This document shows positions 38,992 through 49,156 of a stretch of DNA of 64,000 nucleotides, piece after piece (position 1 is the first letter of the stretch; the number at the start of each line of letters is the position of its first letter). Under the pieces are notes generated by a model. That model worked only from the letters and a program-made list of their open reading frames with translations, was not told the origin of the DNA and did no database searches. The translations under genes were made by a program, and so were the position numbers. The stretch is from Candidatus Babelota bacterium (lineage in GTDB: Bacteria > Babelota > Babeliae > Babelales > CAIQNR01): positions 12,334 to 76,333 of the forward strand of contig CBFHTA010000002.1 in assembly GCA_965658655.1 (NCBI GenBank), given 5' to 3'.

Positions 38992-39951
38992 ATGAGAGTA
39001 GGGATGGTCTTTTCTGGGTATGGATCTCAATTTGTTGGTATGGGGAAAGAATTGTACGATGGATCTCGTCCAGTTCAAGAAATTTTTGAAGAGGCAGCAA
39101 GTTGTCTTGACACTAATTTTGTAAAATTATGTTTTGCATCCTCAGATGCTGATATCAAAAAAATAGAAAATGCGTATGTAACATTGTTTATAGTGGGTAC
39201 GGCTATTGCTCAGGTACTTAAAGATGCGGGAGTAGAACCGGCTAAAGTTGCTGGCTATGATATGGGCGAATATACCGCAGTGGCAACTATTAATGGTATC
39301 AGTAATCCTGATGCGCTTTATTTATTAAAAAAATATGCAACACTTTTTCAGGCTTTGATAGACGAAAATAAGTATTCTTTAGTACGCATTACCGGAATGA
39401 AGGAAGCTGAAGTCAAAGGCTTTTGTATGCAAGTTACAGGAGGTCAAGAGCGAGCAGATATTGCGGTGTATGAAACAGAAGAAAGTTTTGTGGTATCAGG
39501 AACTACAGAAGCAATGCAAGAACTTACTGAGGCAATAAAGAAAAAAAAAGGTGTGAAAATAAAAATACTCGATGCCGGGGCAGGGCTTCATTCTCCTGTG
39601 ATGGATGACATTGTTAAAAACGTAAAAATGTATCTGGAAAAAGTTGATTTTAAAGATACAAAAGTTCCGTTTATTAGTGGTGTTATTGCAGAACCATTGC
39701 AAACCGGAGAAACGATTCGAGCGTCGCTTATGCAACATATTCATGCACCTACACAATGGGCCAAAGTAATGCAGCTCTTTAAAGATTGCGATATTATTTT
39801 AGAAATTGGTCCAGGCGAGCATTTGCAAGACCTTTTGAAACAGGTTTATCCTGATAAAAAAATCTATCGAGTCTTGACTCCCGAGGATGTTAAGCAAGTA
39901 CAAGCAGACATGGGAATAGAGGTTAAGCCGAGCGTTTCTGAAGAAGATTAA
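38992..39951 (+). CDS. fabD: FabD-like (malonyl-CoA:ACP transacylase fold) protein with substituted catalytic residues
   Basis: FSGYGSQ, GYDMGEY (canonical GHSLGEY), HSPVM, EIGPG. Confidence 0.75.
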   Translation: MRVGMVFSGYGSQFVGMGKELYDGSRPVQEIFEEAASCLDTNFVKLCFASSDADIKKIENAYVTLFIVGTAIAQVLKDAGVEPAKVAGYDMGEYTAVATINGISNPDALYLLKKYATLFQALIDENKYSLVRITGMKEAEVKGFCMQVTGGQERADIAVYETEESFVVSGTTEAMQELTEAIKKKKGVKIKILDAGAGLHSPVMDDIVKNVKMYLEKVDFKDTKVPFISGVIAEPLQTGETIRASLMQHIHAPTQWAKVMQLFKDCDIILEIGPGEHLQDLLKQVYPDKKIYRVLTPEDVKQVQADMGIEVKPSVSEED

Positions 39952-40155
39952 TAGTTAGTTATTTATAAGTCATCCTGATTGATACATCCGTTTAATGGTG
40001 TTCACTTAGGGTGGCTTTTTTTATTACATTTATATCACTTGGAATGAACTAGATAGTGTTGTTTGATTACATAAGAAAGCATTAGGTTTATCTCGAGTGT
40101 TTTTTTATAAAAGTAACGTCAACGAATTATACTATAATCATTACAATTGAGCAGC

Positions 40156-40187
40156 AAAAAAGGCCCGGAATTTCCGAGCCTTTTTTT
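40156..40187. terminator. Bidirectional terminator
   Basis: AAAAAAGGCCCGGAA-T-TTCCGAGCCTTTTTTT. Confidence 0.75.
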
Positions 40188-40227
40188 AGTACTAGCTAAA
40201 GTCTACTAAGGTTTTACTACTATAACC

Positions 40228-41778
40228 TTAGACTGAGAAGTTGAATTGGAAACCAACACTCCAACGATCGAATGTGTTGTTGTCTCCACCAGCGATGTGG
40301 TATGAACCGAGCATACCTACGCCTGGGTTCCACTCGTTGTCAGACCAGTTGTAGTTTAGTCCAGCGAACAAAGTATGTTCTACAGCAGCTTTCATAAGAG
40401 CTGAGTCTGTAACCAAACGGTCGTTAGTAATCCAGTTAGCATTACCAGCACCAGCAGTTACATTAGTCATGCCTGTTGTGTTACCATCGATTTGAATTTT
40501 GCTAGCGAATGTAGCGTTACTCATGTTGTTAGTAGTGAAGTCATAAAGACCGTATGTATCAGCTGCAATAGTATCTACAAATTCTTTGTGTTTTTCTTTG
40601 CCGTGTCCAGCAACTTGGTAACCAAAGTCTAGAGATACATTGCCCATTTGCCAGCAGAAAGTAATGTTTCCGTTGTAAACAACATCAACACCAATTTTTG
40701 CTTTTACTGTACCAACGTTAATCATGTTGTCTAATGTACCAGGACCACTAGTAAAGGCTGTAGCACTAGAGAACTTCTTAACAAGTAAGTAACGTGAGAA
40801 ATCACCACAATCGGTAACATCGTAAGAACGTACTTGTTCGTTGTCAAACAAGTGAGCTGCGTGGAAAGTCATGTTTGCTACAAGTTGGTGCTCGTCATCT
40901 TTATCCCAAAGACGTGCGCCACCTTCTAGAGTACCACCAACACCGAAGCGACCTGCGTAACCAATGATTGGTTCGAACATGTACTCAGCTTTGGTTTTTC
41001 CACCACCGCCAAGAACACCTGTAACACCAAGACCTAAGTGGCAGTGTTCTTTGTTGATGAAGTTGTAACCAAGAGTAACGGTAGAGTCACCAAGTCTGGT
41101 TTCTGTTTGCTTACCATCGATTTTACCGTAAGACCACTTTACAGTGTCTGCAACAGTTTTATCACCTTTAAATGCAGCAATAGCGTCTGCATATGGTTTG
41201 TTAGCAATAACAACAGCATTAGTTTCGTCGTAAATATCACCCGCTACAAGGTTAGTTGCACCAAAAGCAGCTTTGTTGGTTTCTGTTAGTTCAATTTCCC
41301 AACGTGCATTTTGCAATGGCATGTGACTTCTGAAGTAAAGACCATCAAGCCATTCAGCTAAATCAACATACATACCAAAATCAATAACTAGATCTTGTGC
41401 TTTAGGTGCGAATTGAAGTTCAGCTTTGAAGTCGTTACCTAAAATCAAGTTAAGACCAGAAACTTCAGTATCATTCAGTGCACCTGTAGTATTTGCAGGT
41501 CCAATAATAAGAGTGTCGTTTCCGCCTGGAATTAAGTATTTACCGATTTCGCTACGCTTATTGTTAGCGCCGTATTCTAATTGAACTTTGAAGCAAGCTC
41601 TTAGCTCATCAGAATCGTGTTGATAAATAGAACCACTCCAGCCAACATTGCTAGAAGCTGTTCCTGTCATTGAAACTGGCATGAAGACAGATCGTCCACC
41701 AGTTGTTGCATCCGCGTTAACAGCCGCAACACTGAATAGCATTGCAATTGCCAACAAATTTATTTTCAAGAATTTCAT
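40228..41778 (-). CDS. Putative outer-membrane beta-barrel protein, possibly abundant
   Basis: Signal peptide, strand pattern, RLGDSTVTLGY motif, C-terminal WSVGFQFNFSV; codon use looks highly expressed (inference). Confidence 0.7.
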   Translation of the reverse strand: MKFLKINLLAIAMLFSVAAVNADATTGGRSVFMPVSMTGTASSNVGWSGSIYQHDSDELRACFKVQLEYGANNKRSEIGKYLIPGGNDTLIIGPANTTGALNDTEVSGLNLILGNDFKAELQFAPKAQDLVIDFGMYVDLAEWLDGLYFRSHMPLQNARWEIELTETNKAAFGATNLVAGDIYDETNAVVIANKPYADAIAAFKGDKTVADTVKWSYGKIDGKQTETRLGDSTVTLGYNFINKEHCHLGLGVTGVLGGGGKTKAEYMFEPIIGYAGRFGVGGTLEGGARLWDKDDEHQLVANMTFHAAHLFDNEQVRSYDVTDCGDFSRYLLVKKFSSATAFTSGPGTLDNMINVGTVKAKIGVDVVYNGNITFCWQMGNVSLDFGYQVAGHGKEKHKEFVDTIAADTYGLYDFTTNNMSNATFASKIQIDGNTTGMTNVTAGAGNANWITNDRLVTDSALMKAAVEHTLFAGLNYNWSDNEWNPGVGMLGSYHIAGGDNNTFDRWSVGFQFNFSV

Positions 41779-42149
41779 TTATTTTACTCCTTTTCAGATC
41801 CATATATTGGATTGAAATGTATCACCACAACAGTTAGTGTAAATTGCGAAGAATGTTTTTGAATTCTTCATTAACTTTGTCTTACGCTTTTTTTTTGCTT
41901 CCTCCTTTCGTAAGCTTCATTTAGTCTTCTTTAACTTTTTTTTTTACTCTTCTAGCCTTCTTAGGCATCTCTTTCAAGCACACGCTAATACATTTCACTA
42001 TACAAGTCAACTCTTTCCGTTTTAGGTGTCGACTCATTTCAACTTACTCATTATACTCACGTGAAGTTTAAAGTGTAAAGAATTTATATTGTACATATTT
42101 GCTTTACGCTGTTGTTTAGCATCTTACAAAATTATAAAAGGTCTTTGCA

Positions 42150-42947
42150 ATGCAGTTTTTCTATCTTTGGGCGTTTCTTCAAATTGTTCTTGAGTCTCTG
42201 CCGGTCAGTAGTTCGGGCAACGTTTATTTGTGGATTTCGACTTTTCACTCTGTTTTAAATTTTAATTTTTTGCCAGCAATAAATACGTTAGAGTTTGATT
42301 TTCTTTTGCATGGTCCTACCATTTTAATTGTTACTCTTTACTTTTTAGAGAGTTGGGTAAGCGCTCTCAGAGGGTATTTGAAGGGGGCGGGTGGAGCGGC
42401 TTCACTCTTGCTTTATTGTGCATGGGCTGATTTTCTTACTGCGGTTTGGTACGCAGTTTTTAAAGCAGTTGGAAAAAGTTGGTTTCCCTTATCTGTAGGT
42501 TTTTTTGTAACAAGTGTTGCGTTGCTTTCGTTACAGTGGTTGCCAAAAAAGGTTGCTTGTGAAAATGAAACGTTGTCTTTGTATCATGCAACTTTACTAG
42601 GCATGTTTCAGGGAATTGCTTTGCTTCCGGGGCTTTCTCGATTTGGCATAACGTATGTTGTAGCTCGTCATGCGCAGTATAGTTCGGAAAGTGCTTTTAG
42701 GTATTCGTTCTTGTTGCAAATGCCTTTGATTGGTGCTGCATTTTTAAAAGGTTGTTACTCATTTTATTATTTTGAATATAAGGCCCAATTATTGCATCCA
42801 TTGTTCGGTTTAACTATTCTGACAAGTACCATTCTTTCTTACTTTGCACTTGTTTGGGTTGGCATGTTGGTAAGAAAAAATCAGGTATATCTGTTTGGGT
42901 GGTATGTAATAGGATTAGCCGGATTGGCTGTAATGATAGGGAAGTAA
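42150..42947 (+). CDS. uppP: Undecaprenyl-diphosphate phosphatase (BacA/UppP family)
   Basis: ESLPVSSSG and QGIALLPGLSR motifs, multi-TM. Confidence 0.85.
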   Translation: MQFFYLWAFLQIVLESLPVSSSGNVYLWISTFHSVLNFNFLPAINTLEFDFLLHGPTILIVTLYFLESWVSALRGYLKGAGGAASLLLYCAWADFLTAVWYAVFKAVGKSWFPLSVGFFVTSVALLSLQWLPKKVACENETLSLYHATLLGMFQGIALLPGLSRFGITYVVARHAQYSSESAFRYSFLLQMPLIGAAFLKGCYSFYYFEYKAQLLHPLFGLTILTSTILSYFALVWVGMLVRKNQVYLFGWYVIGLAGLAVMIGK

Positions 42948-42995
42948 AATTGCGCTCTAGCTGCGGCTACGGCGGATGATAGTAAAGGAGAAAGT

Positions 42996-45293
42996 ATGGC
43001 GCGTTATTCAAGACGAAATACACCGTTAAGTTCTTATGTTGATGTAGAAAAAGTAGTTGCTGTTTTGTGCGCGTTGTCGGCAGTGTTGGTTGCTGTTGCC
43101 CTTGGAACCTTCAATCCTCATGACGCTTCTTGGTTCTATTATTCAAGCAAGGGGGGAGTTGTTCAGAATTCTGCAGGTTTTGTGGGTGCTGAGGTCGCTG
43201 CGCTTTGTTTTTATCTTTTTGGTACAGTGGCTTACTGTTTAGTTCCTTTTTTGGCGTATTGTGCTTTTTATGCGTATCGGTATAAAACTATTGAAAAAGA
43301 ATGGGATCGTTTTGTTGCCTGTGCACTTTCAATCTTTGCTTTCTCAGGATTGTTTCATTGGTACCATGCGGGATCAAAACCTTACATGATTGCGGGTGGT
43401 TCTGTAGGGCAATTAGTTGCGCAAACACTGGAAGGTTTTTTTGATAAAGTTGGATCCGTTGTGTTTTTGTACGCTTTTTCTTTAGCCATGATTCTAGTTA
43501 TTACACGCATGAGCTTTATAGCGTTATTGCGCACTGTAAAAGATTGTTTTGTTTGGTTGTATGACCATCGCCATTTGTGGTTGATTCCCATGGTGCGAGT
43601 AGTGCAAACGTTGTTTTATGCTATTAAAGTTCCCATTGTATGGACAGTAAAACATTTGTGGGGAGCATTGCGGGGCGCTGATGTACAAGAAGCAGATGAA
43701 TCGGTATTTGCATTTGAACAAGGTGTTGCTGATCAAATAGAAGAAACAGATGAGGCGTTTTGGAATGATTATATTCAACGACAGTCACATTCGGGTGTAA
43801 TGCCTTCTTCTGGAACTGTAGAAGCGCAAGAAGAAGAGGGTGTAGAGAGTGATCCATCTAAGCAAATAAAAGCTCGCGTACAACCAACAAAAACAAACAC
43901 ACGTAAAAGTTATGCAGTTCCTTCTTCAGCTTTATTTTCACCATCAAATAAAGAAGCACACTCTGGTCGTGGAGATGAGAATAAACAGTTAGCCATAACG
44001 CTGGAAGAAAAATTAGAGCGGTTTGGAGTGTATGGGAAAGTTGTTTCTATTAAGCCTGGTCCAGTTATTACGCTGTTTGAGTATCAACCAGATATTGATG
44101 CAAAAGTAAGTAAGATTTTGGCACTTGAGCATGATCTTGCTATGGCATTACAAGCATTGAGTGTGCGTATTGTGGCACCTATTCCTGGAACAAATAAAGT
44201 TGGTTTTGAGGTTGCTAATAAAGAACGAAAAAGTGTACACATGGGAGACATTATTCGATCTTTGGCTTTTCAGCGATCAAAAGCAATATTGCCGTTAGTG
44301 TTAGGTCAAGACACTACTGGAGATACCGTGATTGTTGACCTTCTGGACATGCCTCATTTATTGGTAGCGGGATCTACTGGGTCGGGTAAATCGGTTGCGC
44401 TCAATGCCATGCTTGCCAGTTTGTTATGCAAGTTGCCGCCTGATGAGTTGAAACTTATTATTATTGATCCTAAGCGATTAGAATTTGCTGCAATGCACGA
44501 TATTCCTCATTTGTTGTTTCCTGTAATTACTGAAGCACGTCGTGCTGCTCCAGTGGTTCGTTGGTTGGTACGCGTTATGGAAGAACGGTACGAGATGATG
44601 GCTGCTCAAGGTGTGCGTAGTATTTTTGATTATAAAAAAATGTGCAAGCAAAAGGGGCAACCGGATGAACTGCCATTTATTGTTATGATTATTGATGAAC
44701 TTGCAGATCTTATGATGGTTGCAGGCAAAGATATAGAAGATAGTATCGCTCGTCTTGCACAAATGGCACGAGCTGCAGGAATTCATTTGATTATTGCAAC
44801 GCAACGGCCTTCGGTAGATGTGTTAACTGGTGTTATTAAAGTAAACTTTCCAAGCAGAATGTCTTTTAGGGTAACGTCTAAAGTAGACTCACGAACTATT
44901 CTTGATACTGGTGGCGCAGAGAGCTTGTTGGGTAAAGGAGATATGCTCTTTATGAATGCGCAAAGTTCTCGTATGCGCCGTGTGCATGGAGCATATGTGA
45001 GTGATGCTGAAATACATGCAATGGCTAATCATATTCGCGCACAACAAAAGGTTGAGTATACTGATTTGCAAGAGGCAATATCTGCGTATAAAACAGAAAC
45101 AGAAGTTGCTGATGAGCCGCTTTTACCAGAAGTTTTGGAATTTTTGAAAACGATAGACGATATCTCTATTTCTTCGTTACAACGTCGTTTTAAAATTGGG
45201 TATAATCGCTCTGCGCGTTTAATTGAATTGCTCGAGCAGCAGGGTAAGATTATGCCAGCCAGTGGTTCTAAAATGCGTAAAGTTATTCATTGA
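42996..45293 (+). CDS. ftsK: DNA translocase FtsK
   Basis: N-terminal TMs, PHLLVAGSTGSGKS, IIDELADLM, ATQRPSVDV, gamma domain LQRRFKIGYNRSAR. Confidence 0.97.
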   Translation: MARYSRRNTPLSSYVDVEKVVAVLCALSAVLVAVALGTFNPHDASWFYYSSKGGVVQNSAGFVGAEVAALCFYLFGTVAYCLVPFLAYCAFYAYRYKTIEKEWDRFVACALSIFAFSGLFHWYHAGSKPYMIAGGSVGQLVAQTLEGFFDKVGSVVFLYAFSLAMILVITRMSFIALLRTVKDCFVWLYDHRHLWLIPMVRVVQTLFYAIKVPIVWTVKHLWGALRGADVQEADESVFAFEQGVADQIEETDEAFWNDYIQRQSHSGVMPSSGTVEAQEEEGVESDPSKQIKARVQPTKTNTRKSYAVPSSALFSPSNKEAHSGRGDENKQLAITLEEKLERFGVYGKVVSIKPGPVITLFEYQPDIDAKVSKILALEHDLAMALQALSVRIVAPIPGTNKVGFEVANKERKSVHMGDIIRSLAFQRSKAILPLVLGQDTTGDTVIVDLLDMPHLLVAGSTGSGKSVALNAMLASLLCKLPPDELKLIIIDPKRLEFAAMHDIPHLLFPVITEARRAAPVVRWLVRVMEERYEMMAAQGVRSIFDYKKMCKQKGQPDELPFIVMIIDELADLMMVAGKDIEDSIARLAQMARAAGIHLIIATQRPSVDVLTGVIKVNFPSRMSFRVTSKVDSRTILDTGGAESLLGKGDMLFMNAQSSRMRRVHGAYVSDAEIHAMANHIRAQQKVEYTDLQEAISAYKTETEVADEPLLPEVLEFLKTIDDISISSLQRRFKIGYNRSARLIELLEQQGKIMPASGSKMRKVIH

Positions 45294-45411
45294 TAAACTA
45301 ATAATATTTTGTTGGAGAAGGTAGGGTTTGTTCCTTACTGAATAACAAGTAAAATCTTGATCAGGTAATTTTTTGCTTTCTAACACAAAATACTAAAGCC
45401 TTAAAAGAATT

Positions 45412-45445
45412 AAAAAAGGCCCAACAGTTTTGTCGAGCCTTTTTT
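45412..45445. terminator. Bidirectional terminator
   Basis: AAAAAAGGCCCAACA...TGTCGAGCCTTTTTT. Confidence 0.65.
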
Positions 45446-45465
45446 GTATTTTAAGTTTTTCTGAT

Positions 45466-46839
45466 TTACAATTCTAGTTCATCGTTATCAACTTCTAGTT
45501 CCTCGTCTTCGTTGAACGGATTTAAGAAGCAGATACCATTCCAAACACCTGTTAGGGCAGTATCACAAGCAGCTTTAGCGTTGTTCCAGTAGCTACTACC
45601 GTCAGTAAGGTTGATATTGAGATCAGAAAGTTTAACAACTTTTTTTCGTCTTAGCGCACCAGTTTTAAAGATTTCTTTTGGTGTAGTATATTTAAGTGTT
45701 AATCCTGAAACCTTATCTGTTAATACTGCTACTTGAGTAATTGCAAAAGTTTTTTCTAGTTGTGCATGATTTGTAAGAGCTCGCACAGCATTTTCTTTAG
45801 CTGTCGTACTAGGAGCTGTCTTACATGCTTCTACAAGACGTTCTTTTTCATGAGTCCATTCTTGTAGATTTTGACTCTCAATTTTCGTGCTATGTTTAAG
45901 TTTGAAACGATTAACTTCAGCAGTAAGTGCTTCTTCTGTATCAGCTGTTAGGGTAGTCTTCTTTTTAGGTAGTTCAAGGTTTAAACCGCGAGTTGCACTA
46001 CCTAATTTCTTACTCATTAATCGAGTCGCTACGTAAGCACCTGTGTATGCACCCAAAGCTGAACAACTTGTTGGAAAACCAGTGTGACGCGCAACAAGTG
46101 CAAGAGGAGCTGCTTTTACAAGTGTATGTGGAGAAAGTGTATAATCCATTTGAGTAATTTCAGCTTGGTAAGTAATGTCAAATTGAGAAGCATTAGGCAA
46201 TTGCGTAGCACTTTTACGCTCATTTCCGTCTGTTTTGCAATCTTGAGCAAGTACAAAAGAATGTTTAATAACATTATTCCATAATACTTCTATAAAGTTT
46301 TTGTGCTGAGTATTTCTTTTATCTAATGTAATGGTGTCAGACATGTTTAATGGTTTTGTAAGTAGTACAGATGTGTCGTCTTGTAAAATAAGTGAAACTT
46401 CGTAAGTAAATTTAGCTTCTGGTAAATCTTTAATTTTAAGGTTTCTTTCCATAACTTGTGTAAATGTATTTTTTGCTTGTTGTTCTTGCTCTTTGTTCCA
46501 ACCGTTAAGTTTGACATACGCTGATCTAGAACCTATTTTAAGTTTAATCATAACTTTTTTAATGTCTTGAGTGTTTGCTATATCTACGGTACCAATTTGA
46601 TTCTCTGAGTGAAATCCGTTTTGAATAACACGGTGCATAATTTGACCTGTGACCATTGCGGCTCCAAGAACACCAATGGTTTTCCAGCTCCATCCTTGTG
46701 GGTTCAATAAAGACCAAGAAGCAACTTCTTTAGCACCTTCAGTAACAACTGCAGCACCGGCATCAGTGGTATTTGTAATAGTTGGACAGTTCGCACTAGC
46801 AAGTAGTAAAACTGCTAAAAATAGATTTTTTCTTTCCAT
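45466..46839 (-). CDS. Hypothetical secreted/membrane protein
   Basis: GGAGG RBS, signal peptide, second hydrophobic segment, acidic tail. Confidence 0.7.
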   Translation of the reverse strand: MERKNLFLAVLLLASANCPTITNTTDAGAAVVTEGAKEVASWSLLNPQGWSWKTIGVLGAAMVTGQIMHRVIQNGFHSENQIGTVDIANTQDIKKVMIKLKIGSRSAYVKLNGWNKEQEQQAKNTFTQVMERNLKIKDLPEAKFTYEVSLILQDDTSVLLTKPLNMSDTITLDKRNTQHKNFIEVLWNNVIKHSFVLAQDCKTDGNERKSATQLPNASQFDITYQAEITQMDYTLSPHTLVKAAPLALVARHTGFPTSCSALGAYTGAYVATRLMSKKLGSATRGLNLELPKKKTTLTADTEEALTAEVNRFKLKHSTKIESQNLQEWTHEKERLVEACKTAPSTTAKENAVRALTNHAQLEKTFAITQVAVLTDKVSGLTLKYTTPKEIFKTGALRRKKVVKLSDLNINLTDGSSYWNNAKAACDTALTGVWNGICFLNPFNEDEELEVDNDELEL

Positions 46840-47002
46840 GATTTATAACCTCCATAAACCCCATTTAAAATTCAACCATTTTCATAAATTATATAATAGA
46901 AAATATTTATTGCAAGTGGGGTGCTCCTTGCTTTTAAGCTTAGGGAGCTTAAAAAAAGTCCCACTCAGGCAGGACTTTAATTTCAATAGGCTTAAGTATA
47001 AA

Positions 47003-47437
47003 TCATCCCTGAGAATCATCAACTGGTGCGTTGTATCCGGGTTTTTCAGATTCATTTGAGTTATCGTTTCCCGAGTTTTTAGGCTTGTTTTCGTTGTATA
47101 GGGCTTCGAAAGGGTGGGGAAAGAAAGAACCTTCCGAAAACTCAGGTAAATTTAAGCGTGTTTCTCGAGAGTTCTCTTCTAGCCATACCCCTCCCTCTTT
47201 AAGCCTGTCTCCTATATTTTCTGCAATAGTTCCTAGATCTTGGCCTAAAGCTAATGAAGCATCGAAAAATTTCTGTTCAGAAGTGTTATATTTAGAATTT
47301 TTAAGATGCCATGCGGTACGAAGTCCAGTTGCAGCTACTCCGCTTAAAAGTACAAGTTTTCCGTAGGTTATTTTTGCATGACTAGTCTGTGAAACTCCTG
47401 CAAGTAAACCTAAACTAAGTATAAGTTTTTTGTTCAT
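47003..47437 (-). CDS. Hypothetical secreted protein
   Basis: AGGAG RBS, signal peptide, second hydrophobic segment; followed by a hairpin at ~46955-46980. Confidence 0.7.
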   Translation of the reverse strand: MNKKLILSLGLLAGVSQTSHAKITYGKLVLLSGVAATGLRTAWHLKNSKYNTSEQKFFDASLALGQDLGTIAENIGDRLKEGGVWLEENSRETRLNLPEFSEGSFFPHPFEALYNENKPKNSGNDNSNESEKPGYNAPVDDSQG

Positions 47438-47734
47438 TTTTAATGCTCCTTAAAATTGTAAAACTTTAGTTGGCGCTAGTATAGAGCATATTTAAAAATT
47501 GAGAAGTTCAATATTTGAGTCTTTTTTTTAAAATTTCCTTTAAGAAATTAAAGTAATAATTTTTTAAAGGGGTAGCGTTTTCTTTCTATAAGTAGACTAG
47601 AAGGATGTAAGTGTGAAAAGGTGAAAAAGCGTTAAGCTTAAATATTCTTGACAAATGAGCAAAAGATAGACATCTTGTCGTCCTGTAATAGCTTTGATGT
47701 AATCTATTTTTTCAATCAAAACGGAGAGAATTAC

Positions 47735-49147
47735 ATGCATCTTACTGAGGGATTTTTAAAGGCTGTTCTTCCCGGAGCTTTAGTTCTGCATGGTAAGCTT
47801 GATTGCCAAGTTACCTTTTCGGTTGATTCGCGCTCAATCTTAAAAAGTGAACTGTTTGTACCTGTGCAGGGAGTTAAATCGGATGGACATTCTTTCTTGG
47901 AGCAGGCATTGTCTGCAGGGGCAGGTGCGTTTATAGCGCGGGACAAAAAATTTTTACTTGCTACGTTTCCAAAAGAAATACTTGATAATCGTCTTATTAT
48001 TATAGTTGATAATCCACTCGAAGCGCTCTTTGAGCTTGCTTCAGCTTGGCGTGCTCGCTTTACGTGTAAAGTAATTGGTATTACTGGTTCGGTGGGAAAA
48101 ACATCAACCAAGTACATGCTTGGTTCAATTTTAACGCAAGCGAATAAACGTTGCTTTGTTTCGCATGGTAACCAGAATACACTTCTTGGAATTGCTCTTA
48201 ATATTGTACGTGTAAATGATGATCATCAAGTTGTAGTATTTGAGCTTGGTATAAATGTGCGTGGTGAAATGAAAAAACTTGCACAGTTTTTACGCCCAGA
48301 CATGGCCATTATAACTGGTATTGGGCATAGTCACCTAGAAGGGCTTGGTAGTTTGGCAAGTGTTGCTTCAGAGAAACGTGCAATTTTCAGTTACTTTAAT
48401 GAGTCGAGTATTGGGATTATTAATGGAGACCAAGCAATTTTGAGTGGTGTTGGATATACCCACCCAGTAGTTCGATTTGGTGCTAAAACAACTAATCAAG
48501 TACAAGCTCGTCGAGTAGCTATTAAAAAGAACAAACTTTCGTTTCTCTTAAAAATTTATCAAGAAACTTACCCGGTAACCCTTAACCTTCAGCATCGGGG
48601 AATGATCATGAATGCGTTGGCAGCAACAACAGCAGCACATCTTTTAGATATTGATGGTGTTACTATTGTAGAAGCTCTTCAATCGCTACCTGAGCGTTCA
48701 CAACGATTTGAGCGCTGTTCTCTTAAAGGTTATAGAGGGGTGCTTATAGACGATTGCTATAATGCTTCTCCTGAGAGTATGAGAGCAGCTCTTTTGGCAT
48801 TAGAAGAGTTTGAGAGTTTGGGTAAGAAGGTTGCGGTATTGGGTGACATGCTTGAACTGGGAGAGAATAGTGCTTTTTGGCATCGCCAAGTAGGAAGGTT
48901 TTTACGTAAGACTCCATCGCTGTCACACTTGATTTTGGTAGGCTCAGAAGTACAGTCTATGCAGAAGGTGGTTCCGGTAGGAATTCAGGTGGAAATGGTT
49001 TCGAGTTGGCAAGAGGCTATAGAACGGTTAAAATATACATTAGAGAATGATGCAGTTGTTTTGGTCAAAGGATCGAATGGCATGCAACTGCATAATGTAG
49101 TTGCCGCATTTACCGATAAAAAAAGTTCTGTACCCACAAGCTTATAG
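47735..49147 (+). CDS. murF: UDP-MurNAc-tripeptide--D-Ala-D-Ala ligase
   Basis: GITGSVGKT, DDCYNASPESM, LGDMLELG, VKGS; start moved to ATG 47735. Confidence 0.93.
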   Translation: MHLTEGFLKAVLPGALVLHGKLDCQVTFSVDSRSILKSELFVPVQGVKSDGHSFLEQALSAGAGAFIARDKKFLLATFPKEILDNRLIIIVDNPLEALFELASAWRARFTCKVIGITGSVGKTSTKYMLGSILTQANKRCFVSHGNQNTLLGIALNIVRVNDDHQVVVFELGINVRGEMKKLAQFLRPDMAIITGIGHSHLEGLGSLASVASEKRAIFSYFNESSIGIINGDQAILSGVGYTHPVVRFGAKTTNQVQARRVAIKKNKLSFLLKIYQETYPVTLNLQHRGMIMNALAATTAAHLLDIDGVTIVEALQSLPERSQRFERCSLKGYRGVLIDDCYNASPESMRAALLALEEFESLGKKVAVLGDMLELGENSAFWHRQVGRFLRKTPSLSHLILVGSEVQSMQKVVPVGIQVEMVSSWQEAIERLKYTLENDAVVLVKGSNGMQLHNVVAAFTDKKSSVPTSL

Positions 49148-49156
49148 TGATAGTTT

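Noticed and set aside
42150-42947. UppP as a possible dead enzyme (SSSGN, SRFG variants)
   Set aside because: The key Glu, Ser and Arg residues appear retained, so this is most likely ordinary divergence
42951-42980. GC-rich GCTACGGCGGA patch similar to the hairpin at 57507-57530
   Set aside because: Too short and degenerate to support a repeat-family call from this window alone
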